DNA of 32,000 nt, from contig NC_016012.1 in assembly GCF_000283555.1 (NCBI RefSeq), forward strand, positions 1,380,001 to 1,412,000, in the 5' to 3' direction. The notes beneath the pieces are model-generated. The model did no database searches, was not told the DNA's origin, and was given only the letters and a program-made list of their open reading frames with translations. Positions 1-11,601 of this stretch are shown one piece after another. This DNA is from Candidatus Arthromitus sp. SFB-rat-Yit (GTDB lineage: Bacteria > Bacillota > Clostridia > Clostridiales > Clostridiaceae). The first letter of the stretch is position 1. Each line of letters begins with the position of its first letter. The position numbers were made by a program, and so were the translations under genes.

Positions 1-245
1 CTATTATATATAATTCTAAATTGTTTTTCTAATAAACCATATATTTTTTTAGCCTTCTGTTTTTCTCTTAATTGAAGTGCAAAGTTAGATAATTTTTTTC
101 TATTCTTACCATGCTGTCCTGGTGCTCCAGCACCTTGTCTTTTGACAACAGAACACTTAGAAGAATAACATCTATCTCCCTTTAAAAATAATTTCATACC
201 TTCTCTTCTACACAACTTACATTGTGGACCATTGTATTTAGCCAT
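1..245 (-). CDS. rpsD: 30S ribosomal protein S4, N-terminal part (truncated by window edge)
   Basis: Own translation from ATG at 243..245 gives [70 protein letters not shown].... This is a typical clostridial-type S4 N-terminus. GGAGGTG lies upstream, and the gene follows rpsK as in the alpha operon. It is absent from the ORF track because the window cuts it. Confidence 0.9.
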   Translation of the reverse strand, partial: MAKYNGPQCKLCRREGMKLFLKGDRCYSSKCSVVKRQGAGAPGQHGKNRKKLSNFALQLREKQKAKKIYGLLEKQFRIIYN

Positions 246-259
246 TTCACACCTCCAAA

Positions 260-658
260 TTACACCCTTCTTCTCTTTGGTGGTCTACACCCATTATGAG
301 GAATAGGTGTCACATCTTTTATTAAAGTTATTTCTAATCCAGCAGCTTGTAAGGATCTTATAGCTGCCTCTCTTCCTGATCCAGGCCCTTTAACATATAC
401 TTCTACACTTTTAAGACCATGCTCCATAGCAACTGAAGCTGCAGTTTCAGCTGCCATTTGTGCGGCATAAGGGGTACTTTTTCTAGATCCTTTAAATCCT
501 AATGCACCGGCACTTGACCAAGATAAAGTATTACCATTAACATCAGTCAAAGTAACAATTGAATTATTAAAAGTTGATTTTATATGTGCAGATCCTCTAT
601 CTACATTTTTTCTATCTTTCTTGCGCTTATTAATCTTTTTAGATTTTTGTATCGCCAT
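260..658 (-). CDS. rpsK: 30S ribosomal protein S11
   Basis: 132 aa. The conserved S11 core ([18 protein letters not shown]...[20 protein letters not shown]) is present. ATG verified at 656..658. Synteny rpsM-rpsK-rpsD. Confidence 0.97.
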   Translation of the reverse strand: MAIQKSKKINKRKKDRKNVDRGSAHIKSTFNNSIVTLTDVNGNTLSWSSAGALGFKGSRKSTPYAAQMAAETAASVAMEHGLKSVEVYVKGPGSGREAAIRSLQAAGLEITLIKDVTPIPHNGCRPPKRRRV

Positions 659-675
659 TTAAACTACTTACCTCC

Positions 676-1044
676 CTACTTCTTTTTATTTGCTATAGTT
701 TTTCGTGGACCCTTAACCGTCCTTGCATTAGTTTTAGTTCTTTGACCTCTTAAAGGCAACCTTTTTCTATGTCTAATTCCCCTATAACATCCTATTTCTA
801 TTAATCTTTTTATATTTAAAACAACGTCTCTCCTTAAATCTCCCTCTACTCTAAGATTTTTATTAATAAAATCTCTTATTAGATTGATTTGTTCCTCAGT
901 TAAATCTTTAACTCTTATATCAGGATTTATATTTGTTTCTTTTAAAATCCTCTTAGATGTAGATAATCCTATACCATAAATATACGTCAAACTTACTTCT
1001 ACTCTCTTATCCTTAGGTATATCTATTCCAGAAATTCTAGCCAT
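676..1044 (-). CDS. rpsM: 30S ribosomal protein S13
   Basis: 122 aa. [26 protein letters not shown] is the canonical S13 N-terminus. ATG verified. Confidence 0.97.
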   Translation of the reverse strand: MARISGIDIPKDKRVEVSLTYIYGIGLSTSKRILKETNINPDIRVKDLTEEQINLIRDFINKNLRVEGDLRRDVVLNIKRLIEIGCYRGIRHRKRLPLRGQRTKTNARTVKGPRKTIANKKK

Positions 1045-1062
1045 TAAATATTCACCTCCATT

Positions 1063-1176
1063 TTATCCTTGTTTTTGTTTATGTTTTGGTGTTTCACAAA
1101 TAATCATAACTCGACCTTTTCTCTTTATAACTCTACATTTTTCACATATAGGTTTTACAGATGCTCTTATTTTCAT
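1063..1176 (-). CDS. rpmJ: 50S ribosomal protein L36 (zinc-binding form)
   Basis: Not in the ORF track. Own translation gives [37 protein letters not shown] (37 aa) with a CxxC...C....H motif. ATG at 1174..1176, TAA at 1063..1065, GGAGG upstream. Lies between infA and rpsM. Confidence 0.93.
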   Translation of the reverse strand: MKIRASVKPICEKCRVIKRKGRVMIICETPKHKQKQG

Positions 1177-1194
1177 AATTATCCTCCTACAATT

Positions 1195-1413
1195 TCACTT
1201 AGCTCTCCAAGTTATCCTACCACGGGTTAAGTCGTAAGGCGACATTTCTATTTTAACTTTATCCCCAGGAATTATCCTTATAAAATTCATTCTTAATTTA
1301 CCTGAAATATGTGCAAGAATTACATGCCCACTTTCAAGCTCAACTTGAAATGTTGCATTTGGTAACGATTCTTTGACAATTCCTTGCATTTCTATAATAT
1401 CATCTTTAGCCAT
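1195..1413 (-). CDS. infA: Translation initiation factor IF-1
   Basis: 72 aa S1-like fold. [52 protein letters not shown] is the canonical IF-1 sequence. Confidence 0.97.
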   Translation of the reverse strand: MAKDDIIEMQGIVKESLPNATFQVELESGHVILAHISGKLRMNFIRIIPGDKVKIEMSPYDLTRGRITWRAK

Positions 1414-1451
1414 TTACTTTAACCCTCCCTAAACAATATTTCATAATTTGC

Positions 1452-2195
1452 TTATAATGTTATAATTTCTGGATCGGAATCGGTTATAATAACAGTATTT
1501 TCGTAATGAGCAGATAAACTATTATCCATTGTCACAACCGTCCAGTTATCATCAAGTATTCTAACATGTTCCTTTCCTAAATTAACCATAGGCTCAATCG
1601 CGATAGCCATACCTTTTTTAATATAAAATCCCGTTCCTTTTCTACCAAAATTAGGAATTTCAGGTGCTTCATGTAGATCCTTGCCAATACCATGACCAGT
1701 AAAATCTCTAACTATAGAATACCCATTGTTTTCAACATATTCTTGAATGGAAAAGGATATATCACCAATCAAATATCCCTCTTTCGCATATTTAAGAGAT
1801 TGAAAAAAACTATCACGTGTAACTTCTATAAGTTTCTTAGCACTTTTTGACACATTACCTACAGCAAAGGTTCTAGCTGCATCAGCGTGAAATCCATAAA
1901 TGTTAGCCCCACAATCTACACTAACTATATCGCCATCTTCAATAATTAGATCAGAAGGAATACCATGTATAACCTGATTATTTACAGATATACATAATGT
2001 TGATGGAAACCCATAATATCCTTTAAATGATGGTTTGGCATTAGACTTTACTATATAATCTTCTGCTTTACTATCCAAATAATTGGTTGTTACACCTTCT
2101 TTTATAAGTGATTCTACAAGTTTTAATGTATCACTAACTATTTTACCCGCCTTTTTCATTAGAGAAATTTCTTCATCATTTTTAATATAAATCAT
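1452..2195 (-). CDS. map: Methionine aminopeptidase type I
   Basis: 247 aa. The metal-ligand contexts are present (VDCG, HADAARTF, GHGIG, IAIEPM, HYENTV). The start overlaps the adk 3' end by 14 nt. Position adk-map-infA as in Bacillus and Clostridium. Confidence 0.95.
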   Translation of the reverse strand: MIYIKNDEEISLMKKAGKIVSDTLKLVESLIKEGVTTNYLDSKAEDYIVKSNAKPSFKGYYGFPSTLCISVNNQVIHGIPSDLIIEDGDIVSVDCGANIYGFHADAARTFAVGNVSKSAKKLIEVTRDSFFQSLKYAKEGYLIGDISFSIQEYVENNGYSIVRDFTGHGIGKDLHEAPEIPNFGRKGTGFYIKKGMAIAIEPMVNLGKEHVRILDDNWTVVTMDNSLSAHYENTVIITDSDPEIITL

Positions 2196-2841
2196 AATAT
2201 TCTCCTATTACCCGTTTTACCTGACCAAAAATTTCATCAATTCCATACGAAGCATCTATTTTATATAAAACATCTAACTTTCTAAAATATTCTACCAATT
2301 TAAATGTCATCTTATAATATATTTCAAGTCTTTCTTTGAATATGTTAATCTTATCATCCGATCTTACTCTTAATTGCCCTTTACAAATATCACATTTTCC
2401 ATAAATCTTAGGTAAATCATTTTGTAAATTATAAATTCTCCCACAATTTATACAAGTTAATCTATTAGAAATTCTATTTAATATATATTCATTACTAGTA
2501 CTTAAATAAATCACTAAATATTTATCATCTTTACTCAGAATATTATTAATGTAAAATTCTGCTTGAAACAGTGTTCTTGGGTAGCCATCCAATAAATATG
2601 GTTGATTTAAAACTTTTTCACATTTTAAATTATTAACTATATTGTTAACTAACTCATCCGATACAAATTTACCACTATCTATACGAGAATTTAAGATTTC
2701 TTTCCCAATTCTATTTTTATATAAAGCATATTTTCTAAGTATATCTCCTGTTGAAATATGTTTAAGTTTATATTCCTTACAAATCAAATTTGCTTGCGTA
2801 CCTTTACCAACACCTGGTGGCCCAATTAATAATATTTTCAT
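2182..2841 (-). CDS. adk: Adenylate kinase (zinc-lid form)
   Basis: 219 aa. P-loop GPPGVGKGTQ, LLDGYPRT, and a lid with CINC...CDIC (4-Cys). Lies downstream of secY. Confidence 0.95.
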   Translation of the reverse strand: MKILLIGPPGVGKGTQANLICKEYKLKHISTGDILRKYALYKNRIGKEILNSRIDSGKFVSDELVNNIVNNLKCEKVLNQPYLLDGYPRTLFQAEFYINNILSKDDKYLVIYLSTSNEYILNRISNRLTCINCGRIYNLQNDLPKIYGKCDICKGQLRVRSDDKINIFKERLEIYYKMTFKLVEYFRKLDVLYKIDASYGIDEIFGQVKRVIGEYYDLY

Positions 2842-2856
2842 ATTACATCACCTAAT

Positions 2857-4131
2857 CTATTTTAAAAAGCCTTGATAATGTCTTAAAATAAGTTGAGATT
2901 CAATTTGTCTCATTGTGTCAACAGAAGTACTTATCAAAATTAATAACATCGTACCTCCAAATTGAAGACCTTTAAACGGTGTAAACAAATCCATAAATAT
3001 TGGAAATAAAGCTAATATAGCACCAAATATACCTCCAAGAATAGAAATTTTATCCAATACATTCTCTATATATTTAGCTGTAGGCTCCCCTGGTCTTATT
3101 CCTGGAATAAATCCAGAAGATTTATTCATATTCTCCGCCATTTCATCTGGTTTATATGTAACTTGAGTATAAAACCAAGTAAAAAATACTATTAATAAAG
3201 CAAACACTATAGTATACAGAAGAGAATTAATTCTAAATGGGCTATAAGTTCCATTAACTAAAACTTTATTTATCCACGAATCTGCAGAAAAAAATGTTCC
3301 AATAGTTGCTGGAAATTGCAATACAGATGTAGCAAAAATAATAGCTATTACCGCAGATCCAGTTATGCTAAATGGTATATGAGCTTTGTTATTTTTATTA
3401 CTCCCTGCTAATTGTTTTCCTGCATACTGTACAGTTATTCTTCTCTCTGCTAATGTCATATATATAGTCCAAATTAATAATCCAATTGCAACTAATACAA
3501 ATATTACAGTTTCTATGAAACCAACCTCTCCTGACTTATTCAATGCTCCAATTTGTATAAACATAGTTGGAAATCTGGAAACTATATTAACAAATATAAA
3601 TAAAGAAACACCATTACCTATACCATGTAAACTAACTTGATCTCCTATCCACACTAAAAACACAGATGCGGCAACTAATGTAAATACTACAAATATCATA
3701 GAAAACATAGAATTATTAGTAATTGCACCAGCATTTAATATAAGAAAATATGATCCATATGCTTGAACAAAAGATAACACTATAGATAAATATCTAGTTA
3801 TATTTTGAAGTTTTTTCCTTCCTTCTTCTCCCTCTTTTGATAATTGCTCAAATTTAGGAATAGACATAGATAATAATTGAACTATTATTGATGAATTTAT
3901 ATACGGAACTACTCCTAATGCAAATATACTAAATCTCTCTAATGCTCCTCCAGATATTAAATCATAAAATCCAAATAATCCAGTTGAAGTTAGCTGTTTC
4001 AAACTTTCAGTGTTAACACCTGGTACAGGTATAAAATTCCCTAATCTAAATACTATAACAATAAATAGAGTAAAAAATATTCTTTTCCTAAGATCCTTAA
4101 CTTTAAAAGCGTTACCTAAAATTTTAAACAT
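2857..4131 (-). CDS. secY: Preprotein translocase subunit SecY
   Basis: 424 aa polytopic membrane protein with SecY motifs (ALGV.PYI..SI..QLL, GGT.LLI). Synteny rplO-secY-adk. Confidence 0.96.
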   Translation of the reverse strand: MFKILGNAFKVKDLRKRIFFTLFIVIVFRLGNFIPVPGVNTESLKQLTSTGLFGFYDLISGGALERFSIFALGVVPYINSSIIVQLLSMSIPKFEQLSKEGEEGRKKLQNITRYLSIVLSFVQAYGSYFLILNAGAITNNSMFSMIFVVFTLVAASVFLVWIGDQVSLHGIGNGVSLFIFVNIVSRFPTMFIQIGALNKSGEVGFIETVIFVLVAIGLLIWTIYMTLAERRITVQYAGKQLAGSNKNNKAHIPFSITGSAVIAIIFATSVLQFPATIGTFFSADSWINKVLVNGTYSPFRINSLLYTIVFALLIVFFTWFYTQVTYKPDEMAENMNKSSGFIPGIRPGEPTAKYIENVLDKISILGGIFGAILALFPIFMDLFTPFKGLQFGGTMLLILISTSVDTMRQIESQLILRHYQGFLK

Positions 4132-4136
4132 TTAAC

Positions 4137-4577
4137 TTAAATCACCTCTGCTTTTCCACCAGCAGCCTCAATTTTTTCAATAGCTGATTGTGAAAATTTA
4201 GAAACCCTAACTGTCAAACTCCTCTCCAAATTTCCGTTAGCTAATATTTTAACCCCATCTTTTATTTTATTTATTATTCCCATATCCAATAAGACCTTTT
4301 CAGTAACTTCTGAACCATTTTCAAACATATTCAACCTATCTAAATTTAAAATAGCATATTCCTTTTTAAACACATTATTAAATCCTCTTTTAGGGACTCT
4401 TCTATATAAAGGCATTTGACCACCTTCAAAACCTAATCTTACTCCTCCGCCACTTCTAGATTTTTGCCCTTTTTCGCCTTTTCCTGAATTTCTACCTAAT
4501 CCTGATCCGGTACCTCTACCTAATCTTTTACAACTTTTCTTGCTGCCAGGAGCTGGTTTTAATTCATGCAATTTCAT
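4137..4577 (-). CDS. rplO: 50S ribosomal protein L15
   Basis: 146 aa. [14 protein letters not shown]...[22 protein letters not shown] is the canonical L15 sequence. Confidence 0.97.
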   Translation of the reverse strand: MKLHELKPAPGSKKSCKRLGRGTGSGLGRNSGKGEKGQKSRSGGGVRLGFEGGQMPLYRRVPKRGFNNVFKKEYAILNLDRLNMFENGSEVTEKVLLDMGIINKIKDGVKILANGNLERSLTVRVSKFSQSAIEKIEAAGGKAEVI

Positions 4578-4591
4578 TAATAAACCCTCCT

Positions 4592-4771
4592 TTAAACTTC
4601 TTTTACATCCAATAAAAACTTAACCTTATTTATCATACCAAGTATTTGAGAATTTTTATTGTGCTCTACTCGGTCACCAATTTTTTTTAACCCTAAAGCA
4701 TAAACTGTGTCTTTTTGTTTTTTATTTCTACCTATTATGCTTCGAGTCAAACAAACACTTATTTTTTCCAT
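4592..4771 (-). CDS. rpmD: 50S ribosomal protein L30
   Basis: Not in the ORF track. Own translation gives [59 protein letters not shown] (59 aa). ATG at 4769..4771, TAA at 4592..4594. Lies between rpsE and rplO. Confidence 0.9.
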   Translation of the reverse strand: MEKISVCLTRSIIGRNKKQKDTVYALGLKKIGDRVEHNKNSQILGMINKVKFLLDVKEV

Positions 4772-4784
4772 CTAAATATCCTAC

Positions 4785-5282
4785 CTAACCTATTATTTCT
4801 ATAATTTTTTTATCTCTAAGTGTTGCAATCTCTCCTAATGTTCTTAAAGATAATAGAGCATTAAATGTAGCATTAACTACATTTTTAGGATTGTTAGATC
4901 CTAATGATTTGGCTGTAATATTTTTTACCCCTACTAGCTCCAAGACACTTCTAACTGGACCACCCGCTATAATTCCTGTACCTTTTCTTGCAGGCATTAT
5001 TAAAACTTTGGATTTCCCAAAAATACCAACAGTTTCATGAGGTATAGTATCCTTAACTACTGGTACATAAATCATATTTTTCTTGGCATCTTCTATTCCT
5101 TTTCTTATAGCATCAGGAACTTCTGCAGATTTACCTGTTCCAATACCTATATATCCTTTTCCATCTCCTACAACTACCAGAGCACTAAATCTAAAATTTC
5201 TACCACCTTTAACAACCTTAGTAACTCTATTTATAAAAATTACTTTTTCTTTTAATTCTGAGCCATTATTCTTAATTTTCAT
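4785..5282 (-). CDS. rpsE: 30S ribosomal protein S5
   Basis: 165 aa. [39 protein letters not shown] is the S5 core. Confidence 0.97.
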   Translation of the reverse strand: MKIKNNGSELKEKVIFINRVTKVVKGGRNFRFSALVVVGDGKGYIGIGTGKSAEVPDAIRKGIEDAKKNMIYVPVVKDTIPHETVGIFGKSKVLIMPARKGTGIIAGGPVRSVLELVGVKNITAKSLGSNNPKNVVNATFNALLSLRTLGEIATLRDKKIIEIIG

Positions 5283-5303
5283 TATTAATACTAACCTCCT
5301 TCA

Positions 5304-5660
5304 TTAAAATTGTAATCCTGCCTCTCTTGCTCCATCAGCTAACTCAGAAATTCTCCCATGATATAAATAACCATTCCTATCAAAAACAACATTAGTTATA
5401 GACTTATCTAAGGCTTTTTTAGCTATATTTCTACCAACAATCCTTGCTGCTTCCTTATTGCTGCCAACTCCATTAAAATCTTTATCTAGTGTAGATGCCG
5501 AAACTATTGTATTCCCATTAATATCGTCAATTAATTGTGCATATATATTTTTCGAACTTCTAAAAACACATAATCTTGGAAGGCTAGGTGTTCCAGATAA
5601 TTTCTTTCTTATCTTAATGTGTCTCCTTTTCCTTTTAACATTTTTATTATATTTATCCAT
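5304..5660 (-). CDS. rplR: 50S ribosomal protein L18
   Basis: 118 aa. [10 protein letters not shown]...PRL.VFRS.K.IYAQ.IDD, ending in the GL.F-type L18 signature. Confidence 0.96.
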   Translation of the reverse strand: MDKYNKNVKRKRRHIKIRKKLSGTPSLPRLCVFRSSKNIYAQLIDDINGNTIVSASTLDKDFNGVGSNKEAARIVGRNIAKKALDKSITNVVFDRNGYLYHGRISELADGAREAGLQF

Positions 5661-5690
5661 TTACATATCTCCTTTCTTCAATATTCATTC

Positions 5691-6233
5691 CTATTTCTTA
5701 CCTGTTTTTCCTTCTTTTCTCCTTATCACTTCATCAGAATACTTGATTCCTTTTCCTTTATAAGGCTCAGGTTTTCTCCATTGTCTTATTTTGGCTGCTG
5801 TTTCCCCCACTAATTGCTTATCGATACCTGAAACAATTATTTGTGTTTGATTTGGAACTTCAAAAGCAATTCCCTCTACACTATTTATTTCTACAGGATG
5901 AGAATATCCTAAGTTTAATATAATATTTTTACCTTTAAGTTGTGCCCTATATCCAACTCCATTAAGTTCTAAAATTTTACTATATCCTTCGGATACACCT
6001 TTAACCATATTAAAGATTAAAGCTCTAGTTAAACCATGTAATTGTTTTTGTTTCTTTGTCTCATTTTTTCTTTCTACAAATATCTGATTTTCTTCTTGTT
6101 TTATAATTATATCACTAGACATTTGTTTTTCTAATTTACCTTTTTTACCCTGTATTATTACAAAATTCTTTGAATCTATATTAATCGAAGTCCCCTCAGG
6201 TAAAGTTATAGGTAATCTACCTACTCTAGACAT
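5691..6233 (-). CDS. rplF: 50S ribosomal protein L6
   Basis: The ORF track extends to 6284 and would overlap rpsH. I place the start at ATG 6231..6233 (MSRVGRLPITLPEG, the conserved L6 N-terminus), preceded by GGAGGTG at about 6238..6245. Confidence 0.93.
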   Translation of the reverse strand: MSRVGRLPITLPEGTSINIDSKNFVIIQGKKGKLEKQMSSDIIIKQEENQIFVERKNETKKQKQLHGLTRALIFNMVKGVSEGYSKILELNGVGYRAQLKGKNIILNLGYSHPVEINSVEGIAFEVPNQTQIIVSGIDKQLVGETAAKIRQWRKPEPYKGKGIKYSDEVIRRKEGKTGKK

Positions 6234-6255
6234 TTGCACACCTCCTATTATAATC

Positions 6256-6654
6256 TTACCAAATATAGCAAATAACTTCTCCACCTAGTCCTTGTTTTCT
6301 AGCTTCACGATCAACCATCATACCCTTAGAAGTTGAAATTATAGCAACACCTAATCCACTTAATACTCTTGGTATATTGTCTTTTTTACAATAAACCCTC
6401 AATCCAGGTTTAGAAATCTTTTTTAAACCTACTATTACTTTTTCTTTATTTCTACCATATTTTAGTGAAATTTTACACATCGGAACTATACCATCATTAT
6501 AATCTTCATATGATTTAATATATCCTTCATTCAATAAAATCTTTAATATTTCTTTCTTAATTTTAGACATTGGAACTTCTAAAGTTTCATGTCTTGCCAT
6601 ATTAGCATTCCTTATTCTAGTCAATAAATCTGCAATTGGATCTGTCATTACCAT
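6256..6654 (-). CDS. rpsH: 30S ribosomal protein S8
   Basis: 132 aa. [17 protein letters not shown] is the canonical S8 N-terminus. Confidence 0.97.
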   Translation of the reverse strand: MVMTDPIADLLTRIRNANMARHETLEVPMSKIKKEILKILLNEGYIKSYEDYNDGIVPMCKISLKYGRNKEKVIVGLKKISKPGLRVYCKKDNIPRVLSGLGVAIISTSKGMMVDREARKQGLGGEVICYIW

Positions 6655-6679
6655 TTACATCTATACCTCCCTTCTAATA

Positions 6680-6865
6680 TTACCAGCTTGATTTAGTGCA
6701 TCCAGGAATTTGTCCTTTATAAGCCAATTCTCTAAAACAAATTCTACAAATCCCAAATTTTCTTAATACTGCATGTGGTCTTCCACACAAATTACATCTA
6801 GTATAAACTCTCGCTTTATATTTAGATGGTCTTTTCCATTTTTCAATAATAGCTTTACGTGCCAC
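6680..6865 (-). CDS. rpsN: 30S ribosomal protein S14, short zinc-binding type Z
   Basis: 61 aa with CNLC...CRIC. GTG start verified (plus-strand cac at 6863..6865), 7 nt after GGAGG. Confidence 0.95.
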   Translation of the reverse strand: MARKAIIEKWKRPSKYKARVYTRCNLCGRPHAVLRKFGICRICFRELAYKGQIPGCTKSSW

Positions 6866-6884
6866 AATCTTACCTCCTTATAAA

Positions 6885-7424
6885 TCAACTCATAAATGGC
6901 ATTCCCAAATATCTTAACAGTTCTCTAGCTTCTTCATCAGTTTTCGCTGTTGTAACAAATACTACTTCAAGTCCTCTAATCTTATCTATTTTATCATACT
7001 CAATTTCTGGGAATATCAAATGTTCTTTTAACCCTAAAGTGTAATTTCCTCTACCATCAAAACTCTTTTCAGATATACCTCTGAAATCTCTAACCCTTGG
7101 TAAAGCTACGTTAAATAATTTATCTATAAAATCATACATTCTATTTCTTCTTAAAGTAACCTTGCATCCAATAGGCATATTCTCTCTAAGTTTAAAGTTT
7201 GATATGGATTTCTTAGCTTTACATATAACTGGTTTTTGTCCAGAAATCAATCTCATATCATTAACAACTGCTTCTAATATTTTTGAGTTATCTTTAGCTT
7301 CCCCAACCCCAATATTAAGAACAACTTTTTCTATTTTAGGAACCTGCATTAAATTAGTATATTTAAATCGTTCTATTAGTTTTTTAGTAACTTCATTAAT
7401 ATATTTTTCTTTAAGCCTTGACAA
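6885..7424 (-). CDS. rplE: 50S ribosomal protein L5
   Basis: The ORF track starts at a GTG (7448) inside the rplX stop region. I favour the TTG at 7422..7424, which gives MSRLKEKY (conserved L5 N-terminus) 9 nt after a GAGGGGGG Shine-Dalgarno. The start call is inferential. Confidence 0.9.
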   Translation of the reverse strand: MSRLKEKYINEVTKKLIERFKYTNLMQVPKIEKVVLNIGVGEAKDNSKILEAVVNDMRLISGQKPVICKAKKSISNFKLRENMPIGCKVTLRRNRMYDFIDKLFNVALPRVRDFRGISEKSFDGRGNYTLGLKEHLIFPEIEYDKIDKIRGLEVVFVTTAKTDEEARELLRYLGMPFMS

Positions 7425-7444
7425 AATCACAAACCCCCCTCTAA

Positions 7445-7753
7445 TCACATTGTTCGTTCACAATGCCTGCAAATTCTTACTTTTGTACCATCATCTGCAA
7501 ATTTATATTTTATTCTTGTAGATTTTTTACAGCTAGTGCAATATAACATAACTTTAGATGCATTTATAGGAGCTTCAACTCTTATTATTCCCCCCTGCAT
7601 ATTTTGTTTATTAGGTTTTACATGCTTAGTTACTATATTTATTCCACCTACAATAACCGTGTTCTTATCAGGATTTACTTTAAGAACCTCACCTATCTTG
7701 TCTTTATCTTTTCCTGAAACAATATAAACTGTATCATTTTTTCTAACATGCAT
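7445..7753 (-). CDS. rplX: 50S ribosomal protein L24
   Basis: 102 aa with a KOW motif ([22 protein letters not shown]). Confidence 0.96.
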   Translation of the reverse strand: MHVRKNDTVYIVSGKDKDKIGEVLKVNPDKNTVIVGGINIVTKHVKPNKQNMQGGIIRVEAPINASKVMLYCTSCKKSTRIKYKFADDGTKVRICRHCERTM

Positions 7754-7769
7754 TTTATCACCTCTAATT

Positions 7770-8138
7770 CTATAAAACTTCAGGAGCTAACGAAAGTATT
7801 TTCATACAATCTTTATCTCTTAATTCCCTAGCAACAGGTCCAAAAATTCTAGTTCCTCTTGGTTGACCATCATCTTTCAAAATCACAACAGCATTATCAT
7901 CAAATCTAACATAAGAACCATCTGAGCGCAAAACCCCTTTAACAGTTCTAACTATTATAGCCTTAACAACATCACCTTTTTTTACAACACCGCCTGGTGA
8001 TGCATTTTTTACGCTCGCTACGATAACATCTCCTATATTGCCGCTTTTTCTACGTGATCCACCTAAAACCCTTATGCACATTACTTCTTTAGCTCCTGTA
8101 TTATCAGCAACTTTTAACCTACTTAATTCTTGTATCAT
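7770..8138 (-). CDS. rplN: 50S ribosomal protein L14
   Basis: 122 aa. [28 protein letters not shown] is the canonical L14 sequence. Confidence 0.98.
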   Translation of the reverse strand: MIQELSRLKVADNTGAKEVMCIRVLGGSRRKSGNIGDVIVASVKNASPGGVVKKGDVVKAIIVRTVKGVLRSDGSYVRFDDNAVVILKDDGQPRGTRIFGPVARELRDKDCMKILSLAPEVL

Positions 8139-8158
8139 TTCCTAATCCTCTCCCTTAA

Positions 8159-8413
8159 TTATTTAGCTCTTTCCAATATTTCTACTAACCTCCATCTCTT
8201 ATCTTTTGATAAGGGTCTTGTTTCCATAATTAATACCTTGTCATTAATTTTTGCTTCATTATTTTCATCATGTGCCTTAAATTTATTAGTAATTTTAAGA
8301 ACTTTACCATATAATGGATGTTTCTTTTTGCCTTCTACCGCAACAACTATGGTTTTCTGCATCTTATCAGATACAACTACACCTACTTTAACCTTTCTTG
8401 AATTTCTTTCCAC
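8159..8413 (-). CDS. rpsQ: 30S ribosomal protein S17
   Basis: 84 aa. [14 protein letters not shown]....HP.Y.K is present. GTG start verified (cac at 8411..8413), 7 nt after GGAGGG. Confidence 0.96.
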   Translation of the reverse strand: MERNSRKVKVGVVVSDKMQKTIVVAVEGKKKHPLYGKVLKITNKFKAHDENNEAKINDKVLIMETRPLSKDKRWRLVEILERAK

Positions 8414-8435
8414 TTACTTACCCTCCTTTACAAAA

Positions 8436-8645
8436 TTATTTTAATTTCATTATCTCATGCTCTTTTATAGCTGTTTTAATTTGAGCAATTGATTTTTTAA
8501 CCTCTCTAATTCTCATAGGGTTAGCTAATTGGCCAACAGCTAATTGAAAACGCAAATTAAAAAGTTCTGATTTAAATTCAATTAACTTAGCATTCATTTC
8601 ACTAATATCTAATAATCTCAATTCTTTAAGTTCACTTATCTTCAT
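8436..8645 (-). CDS. rpmC: 50S ribosomal protein L29
   Basis: 69 aa. ELF.LRFQLA.GQL.NP..I..VKK.IA is the L29 signature. Confidence 0.95.
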   Translation of the reverse strand: MKISELKELRLLDISEMNAKLIEFKSELFNLRFQLAVGQLANPMRIREVKKSIAQIKTAIKEHEIMKLK

Positions 8646-8650
8646 TTTCC

Positions 8651-9082
8651 CTATTCACCACCAACTCTTTCAAAATCTTTCCTAGTTAAAAACTTAGTTT
8701 TTACAGGCAACTTATGTGATGCTAATCTCATAGCTTCTTTTGCTAACTCTTCTGAAACACCTGATAATTCAAACAAAATTCTTCCTGGTTTAACAACAGC
8801 AACAAAATATTCTGGCGCACCTTTACCAGATCCCATACGAACCTCAGCTGGTTTTTTAGTAACTGATTTATGTGGAAATATCTTTATATGTAATTTCCCA
8901 CCTCTTTTTATATATCTGTTTATTGCAACCCTTGCAGACTCAATTTGATTAGCAGTTATCCAAGAAGTACTTGTAGCAACTAAAGCATAATCTCCATAAA
9001 CTATCATAGTTCCTGCTTTTGATACGCCTCTCATTCTACCCTTTTGTACTCTACGGTATTTAACTCTTTTAGGCATTAACAT
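8651..9082 (-). CDS. rplP: 50S ribosomal protein L16
   Basis: The track start (9088) is a TTG only 4 nt after GGAGG. The ATG at 9080..9082 gives the conserved [11 protein letters not shown] with a 10-nt spacer. Confidence 0.95.
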   Translation of the reverse strand: MLMPKRVKYRRVQKGRMRGVSKAGTMIVYGDYALVATSTSWITANQIESARVAINRYIKRGGKLHIKIFPHKSVTKKPAEVRMGSGKGAPEYFVAVVKPGRILFELSGVSEELAKEAMRLASHKLPVKTKFLTRKDFERVGGE

Positions 9083-9100
9083 ATGCAACTTTCCTCCTTT

Positions 9101-9766
9101 CTATTTTTTTTGATCGTTATTCAAAGTTTTTTTAGTTAGAATTTCCCCTTTATATATCCAAACCTTAACACCAAGTTTACCGTAAGTAGTATTTGCCTCA
9201 GCAAATCCATAATCTATATCGGCTCTTAAAGTTTGTAAAGGTATTGTTCCTTCATGATAATGCTCAGTTCTAGCAATATCAGCTCCACCTAATCTTCCAG
9301 AAACAGCTGTTTTTATTCCTAAAACTTTCATTTTCATAGTTCTCTGCATCGCTTGTTTCATAGCTCTCCTAAATGATACCCTTCTCTCTAATTGTAAAGC
9401 TATATTCTCAGCAACTAACTGTGCATCTGTATCATATGTTTTAACTTCAACTATATTTATTATAATAGAATTATTGCTCATATTTATTTTTTGAATTTCT
9501 GCCTTAACAATCTCAATTCCAGTTCCACCTTTCCCTATAATAACTCCAGGTTTCGCTGTATATATATTTATTTTTATTTTTTTTACACTTCTCTCAACTT
9601 CTATCCTAGATATCCCAGCAGAATAATATTTCTTCTTAATTACTTTTCTTATTTGAAAATCTTCAAATAAGAATTTAGAAAAATCTTTTTTATCCGCATA
9701 CCATTTGGAAGACCAATCTTTAATTACTCCCACTCTTAAACCATGCGGATTAACCTTTTGACCCAT
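9101..9766 (-). CDS. rpsC: 30S ribosomal protein S3
   Basis: 221 aa. [13 protein letters not shown] is present, with a KH domain. Confidence 0.98.
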   Translation of the reverse strand: MGQKVNPHGLRVGVIKDWSSKWYADKKDFSKFLFEDFQIRKVIKKKYYSAGISRIEVERSVKKIKINIYTAKPGVIIGKGGTGIEIVKAEIQKINMSNNSIIINIVEVKTYDTDAQLVAENIALQLERRVSFRRAMKQAMQRTMKMKVLGIKTAVSGRLGGADIARTEHYHEGTIPLQTLRADIDYGFAEANTTYGKLGVKVWIYKGEILTKKTLNNDQKK

Positions 9767-9793
9767 TCTACTATTTACCTCCTTTTTTATTTT

Positions 9794-10120
9794 TTATCCA
9801 ACTATTATAGTAATATGACTAGTTCTTTTATTAATTCTAAAAGCTCTACCTTGAGCCCTTGGTTGAAACCTTTTTAATATAGGGGCATTAGTAGCATAAG
9901 CACTTTTAACAATTAATGAATTTTGATCCATGCCATTATTATTTTCTGCATTTGAAACCGCTGACTTTAAAACCTTTTCTACAATAGACGATGCCCTTCT
10001 ATTTGTACATGACAATATCGAAAGTGCTTCTTTAATAGATTTTCCTCTTATTAACTTCAGTACAACATTTACTTTCATAGGAGACATTCTTACATATTTA
10101 GCTATAGCCTTCGCAACCAT
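9794..10120 (-). CDS. rplV: 50S ribosomal protein L22
   Basis: 108 aa. [10 protein letters not shown]...V..IRGK....A..IL is present. Confidence 0.96.
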   Translation of the reverse strand: MVAKAIAKYVRMSPMKVNVVLKLIRGKSIKEALSILSCTNRRASSIVEKVLKSAVSNAENNNGMDQNSLIVKSAYATNAPILKRFQPRAQGRAFRINKRTSHITIIVG

Positions 10121-10141
10121 AACAACAACTCCTTTCTATTA

Positions 10142-10420
10142 TTATCTAATTCTTGATGTTTTCTGGTCAACATGCCCTTTATAAGTTCTCGTCAATGCGA
10201 ATTCACCTAATTTATGTCCAACCATATCCTCAGTAACATAAACTGGTACATGTTTTCTTCCATCATGAACAGCAATTGTATGGCCTATCATTTCTGGAAA
10301 TATCGTAGAACTTCTAGACCATGTCTTTATTACTTTTTTTTCACTGTTTTTATTCATAATAATAATTCTATCTAAAAGAACTTTCTGAACAAAAGGACCC
10401 TTTTTAGCAGATCTTCCCAA
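10142..10420 (-). CDS. rpsS: 30S ribosomal protein S19
   Basis: 92 aa. [10 protein letters not shown]...[25 protein letters not shown] is present. TTG start verified (caa at 10418..10420), 8 nt after GGAGG. Confidence 0.97.
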   Translation of the reverse strand: MGRSAKKGPFVQKVLLDRIIIMNKNSEKKVIKTWSRSSTIFPEMIGHTIAVHDGRKHVPVYVTEDMVGHKLGEFALTRTYKGHVDQKTSRIR

Positions 10421-10444
10421 TATTTAAACCTCCTATCATATCAC

Positions 10445-11272
10445 TTATTTTCTTTTTCTTACTATTAAGCTATCAGAATATTTCTTATTTTTTCTAGTTT
10501 TATATCCAAGCGTAGGCATTCCCCAAGGTGATACAGGCGATGGTCTTCCAATAGGACTTCTTCCCTCTCCTCCCCCATGTGGATGGTCGCAAGGATTCAT
10601 AACAGATCCTCTAACTGTAGGTCTTATACCTTTGTGTCTATTTCTTCCTGCCTTACCAATGCTTATTATTGAATGAGATTCATTAGACAAAATACCTATA
10701 GTAGCTCTACATTCTATTCTTACATATCTCATCTCACCACTTGGCAATCTAAGTGTTGCATAATTCCCTTCTTTTGCCATTAATTGAGCAGATAATCCTG
10801 CTGATCTAACTATCTGACCGCCTTTCCCTTTTTTAAGCTCAATATTATGAATCATTGTACCAACTGGTATACTGCTTAATGGTAAACAATTCCCTGGTTT
10901 AATATCTGCATCTAACCCAGAAAATACTCTGTCTCCAACCTTTAATCCATTTGGAGTTAATATATATCTTTTTTCACCATCTAAATAAGTTATTAAAGAT
11001 ATAAATGTTGACCTATTTGGATCATATTCAATAGTTTTAACTACTCCAGCTATATTGTCTTTATTTCTTTTAAAGTCAATCATTCTGTACTTTCTTTTGT
11101 TTCCACCACCTTTATGTCTAACTGTTATCTTACCTTGAGCATTTCTTCCACCACTTTTTTTCAATCCATAAACTAATGATTTTTCTGGTTTACTAGTAGT
11201 TATTTCTTCGTAAGAATTTATAGTCATATTTCTACGAGAAGCTGTTGTTGGATTTAACTTCTTTACTCCCAA
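10445..11272 (-). CDS. rplB: 50S ribosomal protein L2
   Basis: 275 aa. [12 protein letters not shown] is present. TTG start verified (caa at 11270..11272), 8 nt after GGAGG. Confidence 0.98.
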   Translation of the reverse strand: MGVKKLNPTTASRRNMTINSYEEITTSKPEKSLVYGLKKSGGRNAQGKITVRHKGGGNKRKYRMIDFKRNKDNIAGVVKTIEYDPNRSTFISLITYLDGEKRYILTPNGLKVGDRVFSGLDADIKPGNCLPLSSIPVGTMIHNIELKKGKGGQIVRSAGLSAQLMAKEGNYATLRLPSGEMRYVRIECRATIGILSNESHSIISIGKAGRNRHKGIRPTVRGSVMNPCDHPHGGGEGRSPIGRPSPVSPWGMPTLGYKTRKNKKYSDSLIVRKRK

Positions 11273-11295
11273 AATTCATACCTCCTTATAACAAA

Positions 11296-11601
11296 TTACT
11301 CCATAGAATTCATTGAATTAAAAAACTCTATTCCAGCGCTATCTGATGTAAGCTGAACTATAGCTTTTTTAAAATCAGATCTCTTACCTAAATTAAATCT
11401 TACTCTCTTCTTTTTTCCACAATAATTCATTGTAAAAACTCTACTTACTTTAACACCAAATACATTTTCTACTGCATTCCTTATTTGTATCTTATTAGCC
11501 TTTTTATGTACCACAAATGTATACTTTCCTTCAGACATAATAGACATACTTTTTTCTGTTATCACAGGTCTTATAATTATATCATAATCTGTTAATTTCA
11601 A
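11296..11601 (-). CDS. rplW: 50S ribosomal protein L23
   Basis: 101 aa. [10 protein letters not shown] is present. The TTG start overlaps the rplD TGA stop (TTGA, 4-nt overlap). GAGGAGGTG lies 8 nt upstream. Confidence 0.95.
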   Translation of the reverse strand: MKLTDYDIIIRPVITEKSMSIMSEGKYTFVVHKKANKIQIRNAVENVFGVKVSRVFTMNYCGKKKRVRFNLGKRSDFKKAIVQLTSDSAGIEFFNSMNSME